A stretch of 63,997 nucleotides of DNA, the filler included, from Aduncisulcus paluster (lineage: Eukaryota): the NCBI GenBank assembly GCA_024181965.1. It is 6 parts of 6 records of this genome, joined end to end, with 100 filler letters (N's around TTAATTAATTAA, not from the genome) between each part and the next. Parts side by side here need not be neighbours in the genome. Positions count along the whole stretch, not along the records: positions 39,834 to 59,700 come from BQXS01010969.1; 5 more parts are not named here. One strand, 5' to 3'. Positions 46,195 to 57,200 of the stretch are shown piece after piece. Numbering within the stretch: the stretch's first letter is position 1; every line of letters starts with the position of its first letter. The notes under the pieces are model-generated. The model made no database searches. It had not been told where the DNA came from and saw nothing but the letters and a program-made list of their open reading frames with translations. The translations under genes and the position numbers were made by a program.

Positions 46195-49100
46195 TCAAAT
46201 ATCTTTCCATCGTTCATTTTGAATGTTCAATCGATTATTCATCCTTTTGAAAAACAATAACAGCAATAATATATCATTTCCCTCACGAATACGATGTGGG
46301 ATACTTTCAACAGGAACCATTCGCCAAGTTGTGAAAACTAAGGCACGATGGCGCAATACTTCCGACAATCTACCGAAATACACAGAAAGATAGATGGCAA
46401 TGGGAGCAAATATACTCAAAACGAAGCAAATTATCTCAATAGTCCGAAACACCTCTGAAGATTGATGTATCTGTTCCTGGATAATGTCATAAATTTGAAA
46501 ATATCCCTGAACACAAGAGACACGAGCTGTTGAATTCGTATATTTGTATGCAGCAAGATCGGGAAGGGCATCCTCTGTACTAGAAACAGCATGTAAACTT
46601 GTTAGATATTTTGTCATGACATTATGAAACACTAATTTATCCTCATCAGCACATCCAGCACCGCCAAAGAGGTCTAGACAAGTTGGGGAATACACAAGTT
46701 CCATTAATCCCTCATACCTATCAATAACTCCCATATTTTCTTCATCGCCTTCGAAAAACATGCTGTATTTCTCCTCAAATGATTTGGTCGATGATATCAC
46801 ATCTGCCCGAGTCTCTTCACGTCGTATTTGTGCATGGTATTGGGAAATCTGGCCTACTTCACTGAGAACATATCTTGTGGCATAATCATGAGTGGAATTC
46901 ATAAGAAACAGTAATTCACTTGAGACAATGGAATCATGCATAGCTGTGGATATGGTATTCAGAGTAAGATATGCTGAAATGAGTACAACAACAATAAAAA
47001 CAACGAAACCCAGAGTCAGGATAAGGAATATTCCATTGAGTTGAGATAAAACCATTCGTATGCGATTGAAATGCCCTGATTCTTTCATGTTATGCTTCTT
47101 TCCTCCTGAAAAGAGTAATGATTCCTGAGAAATTGAATGGAGAGGATGATTGATATCAGCTTTGGCTCGATCTGAGATGCTTAGGTTCTTATGATCATAT
47201 CTTTTCTTCCTGTGTGAATCACAGCATTTCCAACAACAGATTTCATGATTCGACACCCCTGAAGAGGTTGAATTGACATTCGAGGCAGATGGGATACTCT
47301 CATAAGAATGGACATGGGATGATTCATGGTTACTTTTGGGAGGATTTGGCACACCATCCGTGTGAAGAACACTACTTGGTTCTTTGATAACAGACTTTGG
47401 CTTTTGTTGAGGTTCTAGAGTCTCTATCTTGGGTAGCGGAACGTGAGAAATTGTATCTAGTTCGATTTGGTGGGGGTGGGAACTTGAATCGTCCTGAATA
47501 TTGTTTGAAGTAGAGTTTGGATCCGAGGATTGGAATAAAATAGATTCAAGCATCGATTTGTGAACAGGGAAAGAACCTTTCTTGTCAGTATCACCTCGAA
47601 TAGCACCATCTGAATTAGACTCGGATAATGATGATGTACGATAGCTTTCAATTCCATCTCTAGCATCCTCAATAATGGGGATAGAAGATTGTCGAGCCAT
47701 GAATGCATTTGCCACGAAATCTGGCGCTTGACCTGAAACAGGTTCAACCTTTTGGGAACCAATAACAACATGAGTTGGACTACTTTGAATTCTTTCGGCA
47801 ATATCTGATTCGCCTTTGCCCTGAATTTTGACAGTGGAGAAATGATCTTCCTCATCGGCAACAGCAATAGTTGGCATTTCTAGCTCAGGGATATGATTAG
47901 AACCAGGGTCACGGAAATGATCGAGAGCTGTTGTCGAAGTGCTCTTGCCCATACTCAATCCAGTCACTTTTTTTGTGGATGATCCATGATATTTCTTAAA
48001 TCCACGAGGAAGAGCTGCCGGGTAAGGAAGAATAGAAGGGTTATTGATTAGATTAGATGATGAATCATTACGAACAATGGTACTTTGATGATCTGTTGGT
48101 GTAGTAATACTTTTAAACGTTCGGTGACCAATTACTTTTGATTTTTGTTCCTTCTCTTTCTTTTTGTCGGTTTTCGAACTAGCTTCTTTGATTTCACCAC
48201 TATGGTGAGAAGATCTGTCCTTCACATCTGTTGATCCATCAGAAGACTTTGAACCACTTTTCTTCGTTGCAAAAGGAACATCATAAGGAATTGTGCTTGA
48301 TTCGGTTGAAGAGAGATGGTGAGAGATTAGAAAGGGGAAACTGGTCATATTCCTATCAATAGGAGAGAGTTTGGTGTTTGAAACAATGACAGAACTTGAT
48401 CTTTGGATATTGGAAGGCTTCGAAGAAGTAAAATGTGAAGAAGATGTTCTGGTATCCTTGTCAAGATGGAAGGAATTCATACTATTTGTCTGCATCCATC
48501 CAGGACTATGACTTGGTTGAATTTCATGCTTAAGACAATCATCTTCAAGATCCATGCCACTATCACCACAATCACTGGGAGCACACCCATCCATGGCTTC
48601 AATTGAATGTGTTAAAGAAGGATTTCTCGAATGTTCAAGGATGTAAGAAGGATTAGGAGAGGTTGGAATGGAGGCGTCTTTGGGGGAATTGGTTGAAAAA
48701 CTGAAAGGATTCGCCAACTTAACATCAATTGCGCGAGCACGCTGAATAATGCCGTTGTATATGGCTTTTGTATCCGAAAGTGGGAGATCGAATAATAATC
48801 CCATATATATCTCAATTCTCTGGAATATCTGAGCAATTGGGAAGCAGATACATGATCCAGCAATTGCCAGTACAATACAAATGACAAATAAACAAATCAA
48901 CGGGATGAAATATAACAAGATATTAATCAGATGACTGAGATAATCATCACGAGAATAAAACACTTTATACAAAGTTGGGATAAGAACGGATTGAAGGTTG
49001 TAAATTTGAGAATTGAATTCTGGATCTCCGGCAAGGAATTGAGTATCTTGCAGAATATCTTCCATGGATGGGGCAGTTTGAAAAGTTGAATCATATACAT

Positions 49101-52100
49101 CCACAAGAACCCCCGAACTAATAATATCTATGATTGTATGATAAACGTAATTAGAAGCATTTGTATAATCCATGACAATAGGCATATACTGGTCCAGATA
49201 GCAAGAAAGTTCAGAAGGGGATTCAGGAGTCCAAAAAACATCGGGAAGGATATCTTCAGAAAGGTAGGAATAATCTCGAAGTTCAAGGATGGGACTGAAC
49301 AATTGGCGTTGGCTAATTTCAGAGAAAAATATTGAACTCCTTTTCTTTTGTGCTTTTCCAATAATTTCAACAAGATATTGATCATATTTCTTTGGGGTTC
49401 CCAAATTTGAATAATAATAGTCAATAATTCCACTGAGTCGATCCAATGTCGCACTTTCCTCCAGACTCCAGTGATAAGTGATGGCTTGAATGGCTGTCAT
49501 ACCAAGTGCAGCGTCAAGAGCACACATTAAGTATCCACCTCGAGTTACAGTGGACTTGTAGCATGCTGACACAGCATGAAGAACAGAAATAGACACACCA
49601 ATTTGGTAGGTAACCTCAGTCATTTCAATAATAAACCTATGAAGTGAGTAACAAATAAAACCACCAGCAAGGAAAACGAGACCGATGATAATGCTTGAGG
49701 CCAAAAGTTGAGCCCTTATTTTGTGAACTCCAAAAGATTCCTTCAATCTTTTGATCCCTTCTCCGGGAGCAAAGATATCCCCAGTTAAATGGAAATAATC
49801 TAAATATACTTCATCTTCAATTTTTCTTCCCTCAGACTTGATCAATCCGTCCCACATTTCGATGGATGACATCCTTGGTTTGACTTGTTTTGAAATCTCT
49901 CCATTCTGCTCCATTTCAACGCTCAGAGAGAGATACTCGCGTGAAACTGCAATCTCTCCACACAGAGACATAATGTATTGGGCATAACCACGCAGCAAAC
50001 TGGCATTGGCTGTCCTGAGCAAATACGAGAACATATCATCAATCTTTCGAATTATTTGAGACAAATCATGCATATATGAAAATACCTGTCGGCGAAGATC
50101 CGAGCGGATCAGGATCACAACACTGGGTTCCTTTGACGGTGAAGAACTCGAAGTAATGTTGGAAATGATATCAGTCGACTCAGAACGATTCTGAGAAATG
50201 AATGATGCGCTATCGGATATTGACTTGTGAGTACCAATAAAAAGAAGCTCATTGGGCGGATTGGCAGGGTGTTTAGTCCTCTGGCGACTCTCCAAACGAG
50301 CCTTTTCTTGTGCGACTCTTTTATAAATGTCTTCAATACTTGAAATAACATCAACAGCAGAGAATTCAGTATTATTTGAATCAAATGATCGTTGATGACC
50401 ATCTTCACGAGGAAAAGAATCATCAAGAGGGTTGAATTTTCGAGCTTCTGGAGTCGTAACGTGATTTAATTGAGGAACAGAACCGTGAGAAATGGCTTTG
50501 AAGTATTTCCGCTTGATAGTTTTTTTATCCGAATTTTTCGATTCATTTTCAAGAGAAACCCCGAGAAAAACACTCCACAAATCACGTAACAATATCATAC
50601 CTTGAGTAATCAATCTTCTCACCCTACGAAGGTTTGTTGAATGTTTCACTGATATCATTGTGGCCGGTGAACTAATTTGTGATAATTTGTACATCTCATG
50701 GGTTGTTCGAATGACTGTTTGGACATCATAGGCAATTCTTGAACGATTTGTAAGTGCAGTCCTCAAGTAAAATAGTAGACGTTCGCTTCTAAATGATTGT
50801 AGAAAAGCAGAGTAATTAGCTATGATAAGGAGATTATTGGGGAAAATTTCAAGAGCAAGTTCATAAAAGGCACATGCAAACGATGAAAGGATTGAAAATG
50901 CACGAGATTCCCCACGACAGTTCACTTTTCCCTTTGAACTCGATGAAGACGAACTTACAACCAAAGATGATTGTGAGATAGCCTTTGCAGACACCTTACT
51001 GGCTCGGAGTAGTGACGCTTGATTACACGAATAAAGGAAACGAACTTGAGCAACAAGAGGAAGAATGGACTTTAGAAATTCAAAGGGGGAAGAGAATGAG
51101 ACGAATGGTTGGGTTACATATGGTCGTTGTTTATCGTTCATTCGAATTCTCCTCTTGCTATATTTTGAAAGACTTCTCGAAGGTACGGAGACATAAACAA
51201 ACAAATTCTGGAGCTCTCGTTTTGCTTTGACCACACTGATAGTAAAAGGCGAAGATTTGGAAATGATTTCGTTGGCAAGTTCCCTCTGATTACAACATGC
51301 ATATTTGACCAATGGATTGAAAGGAATCGTGGGAATGATAGTGCGGATGTATGAGGAACATGGAGTATGAACATGAGAGGATTGGGGTTGGTCAAAAGGA
51401 CCATGTTTCTCTTTTTTATCTCTTACAATTGTTTTAGCGGCAGGCATGGAAGACAGGGCAAGATCATCAACTTGAACATCATCATTCTCTTTGAGTTCTT
51501 CTGCGGTCTCTCTCTTGGTTTTGATATTGGAAACTCCAGTGGTATGAGGTATTTTGGTTTGATGACCATGCCGAGAGGAAGTTTTTGCCAATTGATCGAT
51601 TTCTTTCCTCAACTGGAAACTCGTTGGAGCTGCATAATGAGTATATGAGTGGTTGTTCGTGTGTAAATTGGCTGTTTGTTGCTTTTGATATATCAGCGCC
51701 AAATCTTCTTCTTCTTCTTCTTCTTCTTCCTCTTCCTCTTCCTTCTCTTCTTTTTGCTCCTCATCGACATCTAGAATAGTTTTCTCCTCAATACCTCCTA
51801 TTTCATTGGATATATCATTGCCATTATCATCCACCTGACTAGTTGATGATTTATCCTGAGAAACTGATGTTCTATTTTTAGCAGAACGCAATTTATATCT
51901 CAATTGCTGAAGATCTTTTCCCTGTTCCATGGTCATGAATCCAACCTGTTTTTTGTTCGAAGAATCTCGTAAATGATTAGAAATATTAGCATCGACAACG
52001 TCTAACCCGATCTTGACAACTCGATTTCGGGCTTTAATGGACAAAGAATTGATCAGAATTCCAAGGAAGAATCCAACGAAACCAAAAATCAGAATAAAGG

Positions 52101-53076
52101 GAATCATTAGAGAAGGGTTCAACATTCTATTGGAGATAACCAGAAAAGGAATCATTGAGAGTGCAACCATCACAGATTTCAGCGTCAAAGCACCATCAAA
52201 TATGGATATCGTACCGGAATAATAGGAACTGTAAAGAATTTTGATGAGGAATAGAAATAACTCACAAGAGGAAAATATAACGCACAGTAAACACGGATAT
52301 TGTCTGAGAAACCAAGATATCGAGAACAAACCGATGTGGACTAGAAAGGCCACAATATCGTCCCTGGCTAGAAATCTATGATGGGACGGGCGAATATGAG
52401 GTTGAGGATTGAAAAAGAAAAGTGAAAACACAATTTTCACGGCGGCAAGGAAAAAAATTCCGATACTTGCAAATAGTATTTGAAACGGCCTGGATATTGA
52501 AAAAATCAAAAAATGTAACGATCTTGATTCTACTGCAAAAAATCTAGTGGATACATATAATAGGGGATAAAATACAATATATTGACAAGAAAAAGCTATT
52601 GTTGAAAGAATTGACAAAAATTTATGTTTTAGGGGAGAATAATCAAACAAATAGTGGGAATATTTGAAAGAAAATATAAAAGTAAACAAAATATTGAACA
52701 GAATAATCAAGAACAACAAGAAGAAAACGAGGAAATAAGAATGAGGGAAGACATTCTCTTTAACACCAAATAGAAAGATATCCGATAAAATTGATGTAAA
52801 GGATCGTAATTCCTCAGATTGAGAGCTAATAATTGCAAATAATATCATTTCTATCGTGACATTTTGGAAAAATAGGAGGAGAGTGTATGGAAAAAGTGAA
52901 ATATGGACATGTTCACCCAAAAAGAAGAATCCACCTAATAATTTTTTCACAAATGTTGATCGACTCCTGTTGATACTTGAAGAAGATGTTGATCTCCTTC
53001 TATTTTTGTTAGAACTTGTATAAGACGATGATTCGCTTAGCGAAGAATGAAATGAAGCAGAATAATATACATTCAT
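46195..53076 (-). CDS. Large multi-pass membrane protein with TmcB/TmcC-like architecture (2,293 aa)
   Basis: An N-terminal bundle of about 8-9 hydrophobic helices, TPR-like segments (YELALEIFPNNLLIIANYSAFL and FSYLLRTANASLLRGYAQYI), then two TM-extracellular loop-TM units separated by an S-rich linker. The family assignment rests on architecture only. Confidence 0.6.
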   Translation of the reverse strand: MNVYYSASFHSSLSESSSYTSSNKNRRRSTSSSSINRSRSTFVKKLLGGFFFLGEHVHISLFPYTLLLFFQNVTIEMILFAIISSQSEELRSFTSILSDIFLFGVKENVFPHSYFLVFFLLFLIILFNILFTFIFSFKYSHYLFDYSPLKHKFLSILSTIAFSCQYIVFYPLLYVSTRFFAVESRSLHFLIFSISRPFQILFASIGIFFLAAVKIVFSLFFFNPQPHIRPSHHRFLARDDIVAFLVHIGLFSISWFLRQYPCLLCVIFSSCELFLFLIKILYSSYYSGTISIFDGALTLKSVMVALSMIPFLVISNRMLNPSLMIPFILIFGFVGFFLGILINSLSIKARNRVVKIGLDVVDANISNHLRDSSNKKQVGFMTMEQGKDLQQLRYKLRSAKNRTSVSQDKSSTSQVDDNGNDISNEIGGIEEKTILDVDEEQKEEKEEEEEEEEEEEEDLALIYQKQQTANLHTNNHSYTHYAAPTSFQLRKEIDQLAKTSSRHGHQTKIPHTTGVSNIKTKRETAEELKENDDVQVDDLALSSMPAAKTIVRDKKEKHGPFDQPQSSHVHTPCSSYIRTIIPTIPFNPLVKYACCNQRELANEIISKSSPFTISVVKAKRELQNLFVYVSVPSRSLSKYSKRRIRMNDKQRPYVTQPFVSFSSPFEFLKSILPLVAQVRFLYSCNQASLLRASKVSAKAISQSSLVVSSSSSSSKGKVNCRGESRAFSILSSFACAFYELALEIFPNNLLIIANYSAFLQSFRSERLLFYLRTALTNRSRIAYDVQTVIRTTHEMYKLSQISSPATMISVKHSTNLRRVRRLITQGMILLRDLWSVFLGVSLENESKNSDKKTIKRKYFKAISHGSVPQLNHVTTPEARKFNPLDDSFPREDGHQRSFDSNNTEFSAVDVISSIEDIYKRVAQEKARLESRQRTKHPANPPNELLFIGTHKSISDSASFISQNRSESTDIISNITSSSSPSKEPSVVILIRSDLRRQVFSYMHDLSQIIRKIDDMFSYLLRTANASLLRGYAQYIMSLCGEIAVSREYLSLSVEMEQNGEISKQVKPRMSSIEMWDGLIKSEGRKIEDEVYLDYFHLTGDIFAPGEGIKRLKESFGVHKIRAQLLASSIIIGLVFLAGGFICYSLHRFIIEMTEVTYQIGVSISVLHAVSACYKSTVTRGGYLMCALDAALGMTAIQAITYHWSLEESATLDRLSGIIDYYYSNLGTPKKYDQYLVEIIGKAQKKRSSIFFSEISQRQLFSPILELRDYSYLSEDILPDVFWTPESPSELSCYLDQYMPIVMDYTNASNYVYHTIIDIISSGVLVDVYDSTFQTAPSMEDILQDTQFLAGDPEFNSQIYNLQSVLIPTLYKVFYSRDDYLSHLINILLYFIPLICLFVICIVLAIAGSCICFPIAQIFQRIEIYMGLLFDLPLSDTKAIYNGIIQRARAIDVKLANPFSFSTNSPKDASIPTSPNPSYILEHSRNPSLTHSIEAMDGCAPSDCGDSGMDLEDDCLKHEIQPSHSPGWMQTNSMNSFHLDKDTRTSSSHFTSSKPSNIQRSSSVIVSNTKLSPIDRNMTSFPFLISHHLSSTESSTIPYDVPFATKKSGSKSSDGSTDVKDRSSHHSGEIKEASSKTDKKKEKEQKSKVIGHRTFKSITTPTDHQSTIVRNDSSSNLINNPSILPYPAALPRGFKKYHGSSTKKVTGLSMGKSTSTTALDHFRDPGSNHIPELEMPTIAVADEEDHFSTVKIQGKGESDIAERIQSSPTHVVIGSQKVEPVSGQAPDFVANAFMARQSSIPIIEDARDGIESYRTSSLSESNSDGAIRGDTDKKGSFPVHKSMLESILFQSSDPNSTSNNIQDDSSSHPHQIELDTISHVPLPKIETLEPQQKPKSVIKEPSSVLHTDGVPNPPKSNHESSHVHSYESIPSASNVNSTSSGVSNHEICCWKCCDSHRKKRYDHKNLSISDRAKADINHPLHSISQESLLFSGGKKHNMKESGHFNRIRMVLSQLNGIFLILTLGFVVFIVVVLISAYLTLNTISTAMHDSIVSSELLFLMNSTHDYATRYVLSEVGQISQYHAQIRREETRADVISSTKSFEEKYSMFFEGDEENMGVIDRYEGLMELVYSPTCLDLFGGAGCADEDKLVFHNVMTKYLTSLHAVSSTEDALPDLAAYKYTNSTARVSCVQGYFQIYDIIQEQIHQSSEVFRTIEIICFVLSIFAPIAIYLSVYFGRLSEVLRHRALVFTTWRMVPVESIPHRIREGNDILLLLLFFKRMNNRLNIQNERWKDI

Positions 53077-53595
53077 TCAATTAGAATAATGAATTAACCT
53101 CTTTTACCCCTTTCTTTTTTGGTAGGAGCGGCAAATTGCATTGCAATTATTGCAATTTCAAGAATTTGAATAAATTGGATTGCAGAAACGGAAATAATCG
53201 AGATAATTCAAAGTTTTATCGTAAATAATCAATAAAAATATCTTCTAATATTTGGAATTACCCCGAAAAAGTGTAAAGGGCGTTGTAGAATAGTAAATGA
53301 AATATTATAAAATAAATTAATACCTTGTTACCTTTATTGTTTTTGTGTCTTTTTTAGATTTGCCATTAATATTCTTTTTCGAGAAATCACTTATTATCCT
53401 TTGTTTGGTCAAAAAGAAAAATATTCGTGATAGTTATTATTCGCAATATCTTATTTTTTAGATATTTATATCATTTAACTTCATATTTTTCTGTTCAAAG
53501 ACTATTTGTTAGATAGGTCTTTTTTTCCAACCTTCATCTGTTATAAATGATATTCTCGAGTTTTTCTTTGTTTAACACAAAGAGTCAATGTATTA

Positions 53596-54273
53596 CTTTT
53601 ACATCGCTGAAGCAAAATAGGTCTGACCGAACTTTTCTAAAGACCGTTCTTTATTCTATGTATGTTTCTGTATTTAAGTGTCTGTCTTCCTATTTTCCTT
53701 CATCCTTCACTAAAATGTCGATGAATATTATTATTCTTAGCAAACAATTGATCCGTAATTTAGGGCCATTGTTTTTTTTAATTGTGTCATCGGTTATAAC
53801 GAGTTTTTCAATTATTGGGAGTTTCTTTCAAAACTTTTTCCCAAAATCCAAATCCATTAGGTTTATATTTTGCTCATTATTCCAGGATTTTTGTTCCTGT
53901 TTACATTTTATTTTAGTGTTTTTTNNNNNNNNNNNNNNNNNNNNCTTTTACATCGCTGAAGCAAAATAGGTCTGACCGAACTTTTCTAAAGACCGTTCTT
54001 TATTCTATGTATGTTTCTGTATTTAAGTGTCTGTCTTCCTATTTTCCTTCATCCTTCACTAAAATGTCGATGAATATTATTATTCTTAGCAAACAATTGA
54101 TCCGTAATTTAGGGCCATTGTTTTTTTTAATTGTGTCATCGGTTATAACGAGTTTTTCAATTATTGGGAGTTTCTTTCAAAACTTTTTCCCAAAATCCAA
54201 ATCCATTAGGTTTATATTTTGCTCATTATTCCAGGATTTTTGTTCCTGTTTACATTTTATTTTAGTGTTTTTT
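53596..54273. repeat. Gap-flanking duplication (53596-53924 = 53945-54273)
   Basis: Direct copies around a 20-N gap. Confidence 0.9.
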
Positions 54274-57200
54274 ATTCTTATTCACTCGTCGAGTGCCGCA
54301 TACATGATCCCGATGCCTTCCGATGTTCGAAGCCTATTATGTAGTCAAGCAGGGTATTCTGTTAGTAATTGTGATATCACACCATTGGATATGGCAGGAC
54401 TTGAAGCGGTGATTGGTGGTAATCTCTCTGTAGGTGATATTGAATGGACTCAATATCTGATAGGGACCTATCTCCTCTCATTGAATGACAATTCCATCGA
54501 TGACATATCCTATTTATCTTCTATTCCATACCTCGATGAGCTTTATCTTGGCAATAATAGTATCACTGATCTCTCCGAGTTGGAATTATTTCATCATTTA
54601 TCCACCTTTAGAGTTGCCGACAATCCAGATATATATGATATTTCTATTATTTTCAAGAACATAGGTATGGAGAAATTAGTATTGGCTGACAAAGATGTCA
54701 ATGAATTTATAGCAATATGTCACGCAGAAAGTGACGGTGAATTCTGGATTTTCCTGTCGGGAATTTTTCCTTTTCTTGCTGATGATTATGATTCCAAACA
54801 TGATTATTATTTTCCTGATAGTTGTTCCTTAAATTCCAGCTCAGCTGCCGGGAGTAGTGACGGTTCATGTTTCGGAGCAACCAATTGCCCTGTAATTTCT
54901 CAGAATCAGGTATATCGCGCCGGCGCTTCCTCTTATGAGTGTTCAATGGTTTCAAAAGAAGGTCAAGATTCAAGTGGTAATACTGTATGTTATACAATCC
55001 ATGATGACAATCTGCGTGATTATCTTGTCTCCACCCTTGGCGCTTATTTGAACGGTGGCATTATTCCCATTCATCTTTTGAGAAATGTGACGGGAACTGT
55101 TGTCCTAAGTGATGCTGAAGGTATTATCAAGTCGCTCAGGGGATTAGAATATGCAACAAAATTGACTGGATTGAATCTGTGTCGATATGANNNNNNNNNN
55201 NNNNNNNNNNTGTTCAATGGTTTCAAAAGAAGGTCAAGATTCAAGTGGTAATACTGTATGTTATACAATCCATGATGACAATCTGCGTGATTATCTTGTC
55301 TCCACCCTTTGCGCTTATTTGAACGGTGGCATTATTCCCATTCATCTTTTGAGAAATGTGACGGGAACTGTTGTCCTAAGTGATGCTGAAGGTATTATCA
55401 AGTCGCTCAGGGGATTAGAATATGCAACAAAATTGACTGGATTGAATCTGTGTCGATATGATCTCTCTGGATCCTTAAGAGGCGTAGAATATGATGATGA
55501 CGAAGTTGTTTATGATAGAAATGTGGTTAAAATTCTCACACGACATGTTTCAGATGGAACTCTTTCTTTTGGACTCTCTGAATTGTGTGTGAGTTCTTGT
55601 GGAATTGAAAAAATTGAGGATATTCTTGATTTTCCTCTCCCATCAAACTCTTATACTTATCCCTTCAAGCTCACTTCTCTCGACCTCTCTGACAATGCCA
55701 TTTCTGATGTGTCTATTCTTCTCACAAGCCCTCTATTCCTCCATGATTCCAGTGCTATCCTCTCAACCCTTGTGCTTGATAACAACCTGATCTGTGACCC
55801 CGATGGAGTGTCGTCTGTGCTTAAGGATAGTTCCTTCTTTGGGTCTTCCCTCAACTTGTCCATTGAGGATCAGACATGCATGTGCTCAATGCCTGTCTCA
55901 TTCAGCAATCATCAAGTGTGTCGCCAAGTCTCACCAGGAAGATGGAATGTTGAGTGTTGGAAAGGGTATTATTATGATGAAGCAACAAAGTCCTGTGAAA
56001 TGCATTGTAACTCATTTACGGAATCCATGGCAAGCACCGGATGTGAAACAAGTTATGTTGGGGATAATGCTAAAGAATATTACTACGAAGGGGTTGAAGG
56101 AATGCGGCTCGGACTTATCGATGGAAGCAGTGATTCTTTGGCTGGTTTGTCAGAATATGGATGGAATGAGACAACTGGCGATTTATTCCAGTTGTACATT
56201 CCCGATTCGAATTTTAGAGATGCATTGTGCTCTCAGATCGATCCTATACCCACCGATTGTGATTTTTCAGAGTTCGATCTTGCCCTTAATATTACTAATT
56301 TTGATGGTGGCGCTTTGGATATATATTCAATCACTGGTGCCGAATATTTAATTAGCTCTTACAAATTCAGTGTCTACTATAATTATATTTCCAAAATAAG
56401 TCCTATCTCAAAACTTAATCAGTTGACCCATTTGTGGATTCAAGACGATTCCACTGCTAATAACATGAATGTTTCAGATTTATCTTCTCTGATCAATCTA
56501 AATCGTTTATTTTGGGCTACTATCTATGGAAATCCTCAACTCAATGATATTTCTGTGTTTTACCGTAACCTTGGAATGGAAGATTTATACTTGAGTTACT
56601 TGGTGTCTCCTTCATATCTCCCCCTTTGCCGATCTGAAGAGAATTCTGTTTTTGAAGACTTTTATATGGATCTTTTCCCTCGATCTTCAATTTCTTCTGA
56701 TTACCTTTTTACAAATGTCTGCTCCCTTAATGAATCTGGAAATGATTATTGTATTAATTCTCCTTTCAATCCTAAATGCCCATCCATTATTGCCAATCAA
56801 ATCTATGATGAAGAAGAAGATGAACTTAAGTGTTCTATGATTGCAAAAGAAGGTGTTGACGGAGATGGAAATCTGTTATGTTACACCGTTCATGATTCTT
56901 TGATTCGTGATTATTTGAAAACAAATTGTGTTACAACTTCAAGTGATTTCATTTCCGTGGATTTGCTTAGAACGGCCAATTCATGTTCATTATTGGACTT
57001 ATCAAATATTTCTGCCGATGTTTCAAACATTACAAGTCTCCAAGGTCTTGAATATACCCAAGGAAATAATTGTGGGATTACTGACCTCATTTTAGATGGC
57101 TATGATCTCAGTGGAGTTGATCAATCTTCTTCCTATGATCGTTTGGTTGTCCAACTCCTCTCGAAACATGTATCACTGCTTTCGAATGAAACTGGTCTTC

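Noticed and set aside
10296-55210. Direct repeats around the five 20-N gaps as real tandem duplications or separate genes
   Set aside because: Each pair abuts a fixed-size gap, and removing one copy restores exact reading frames, as expected for scaffolding overlaps.
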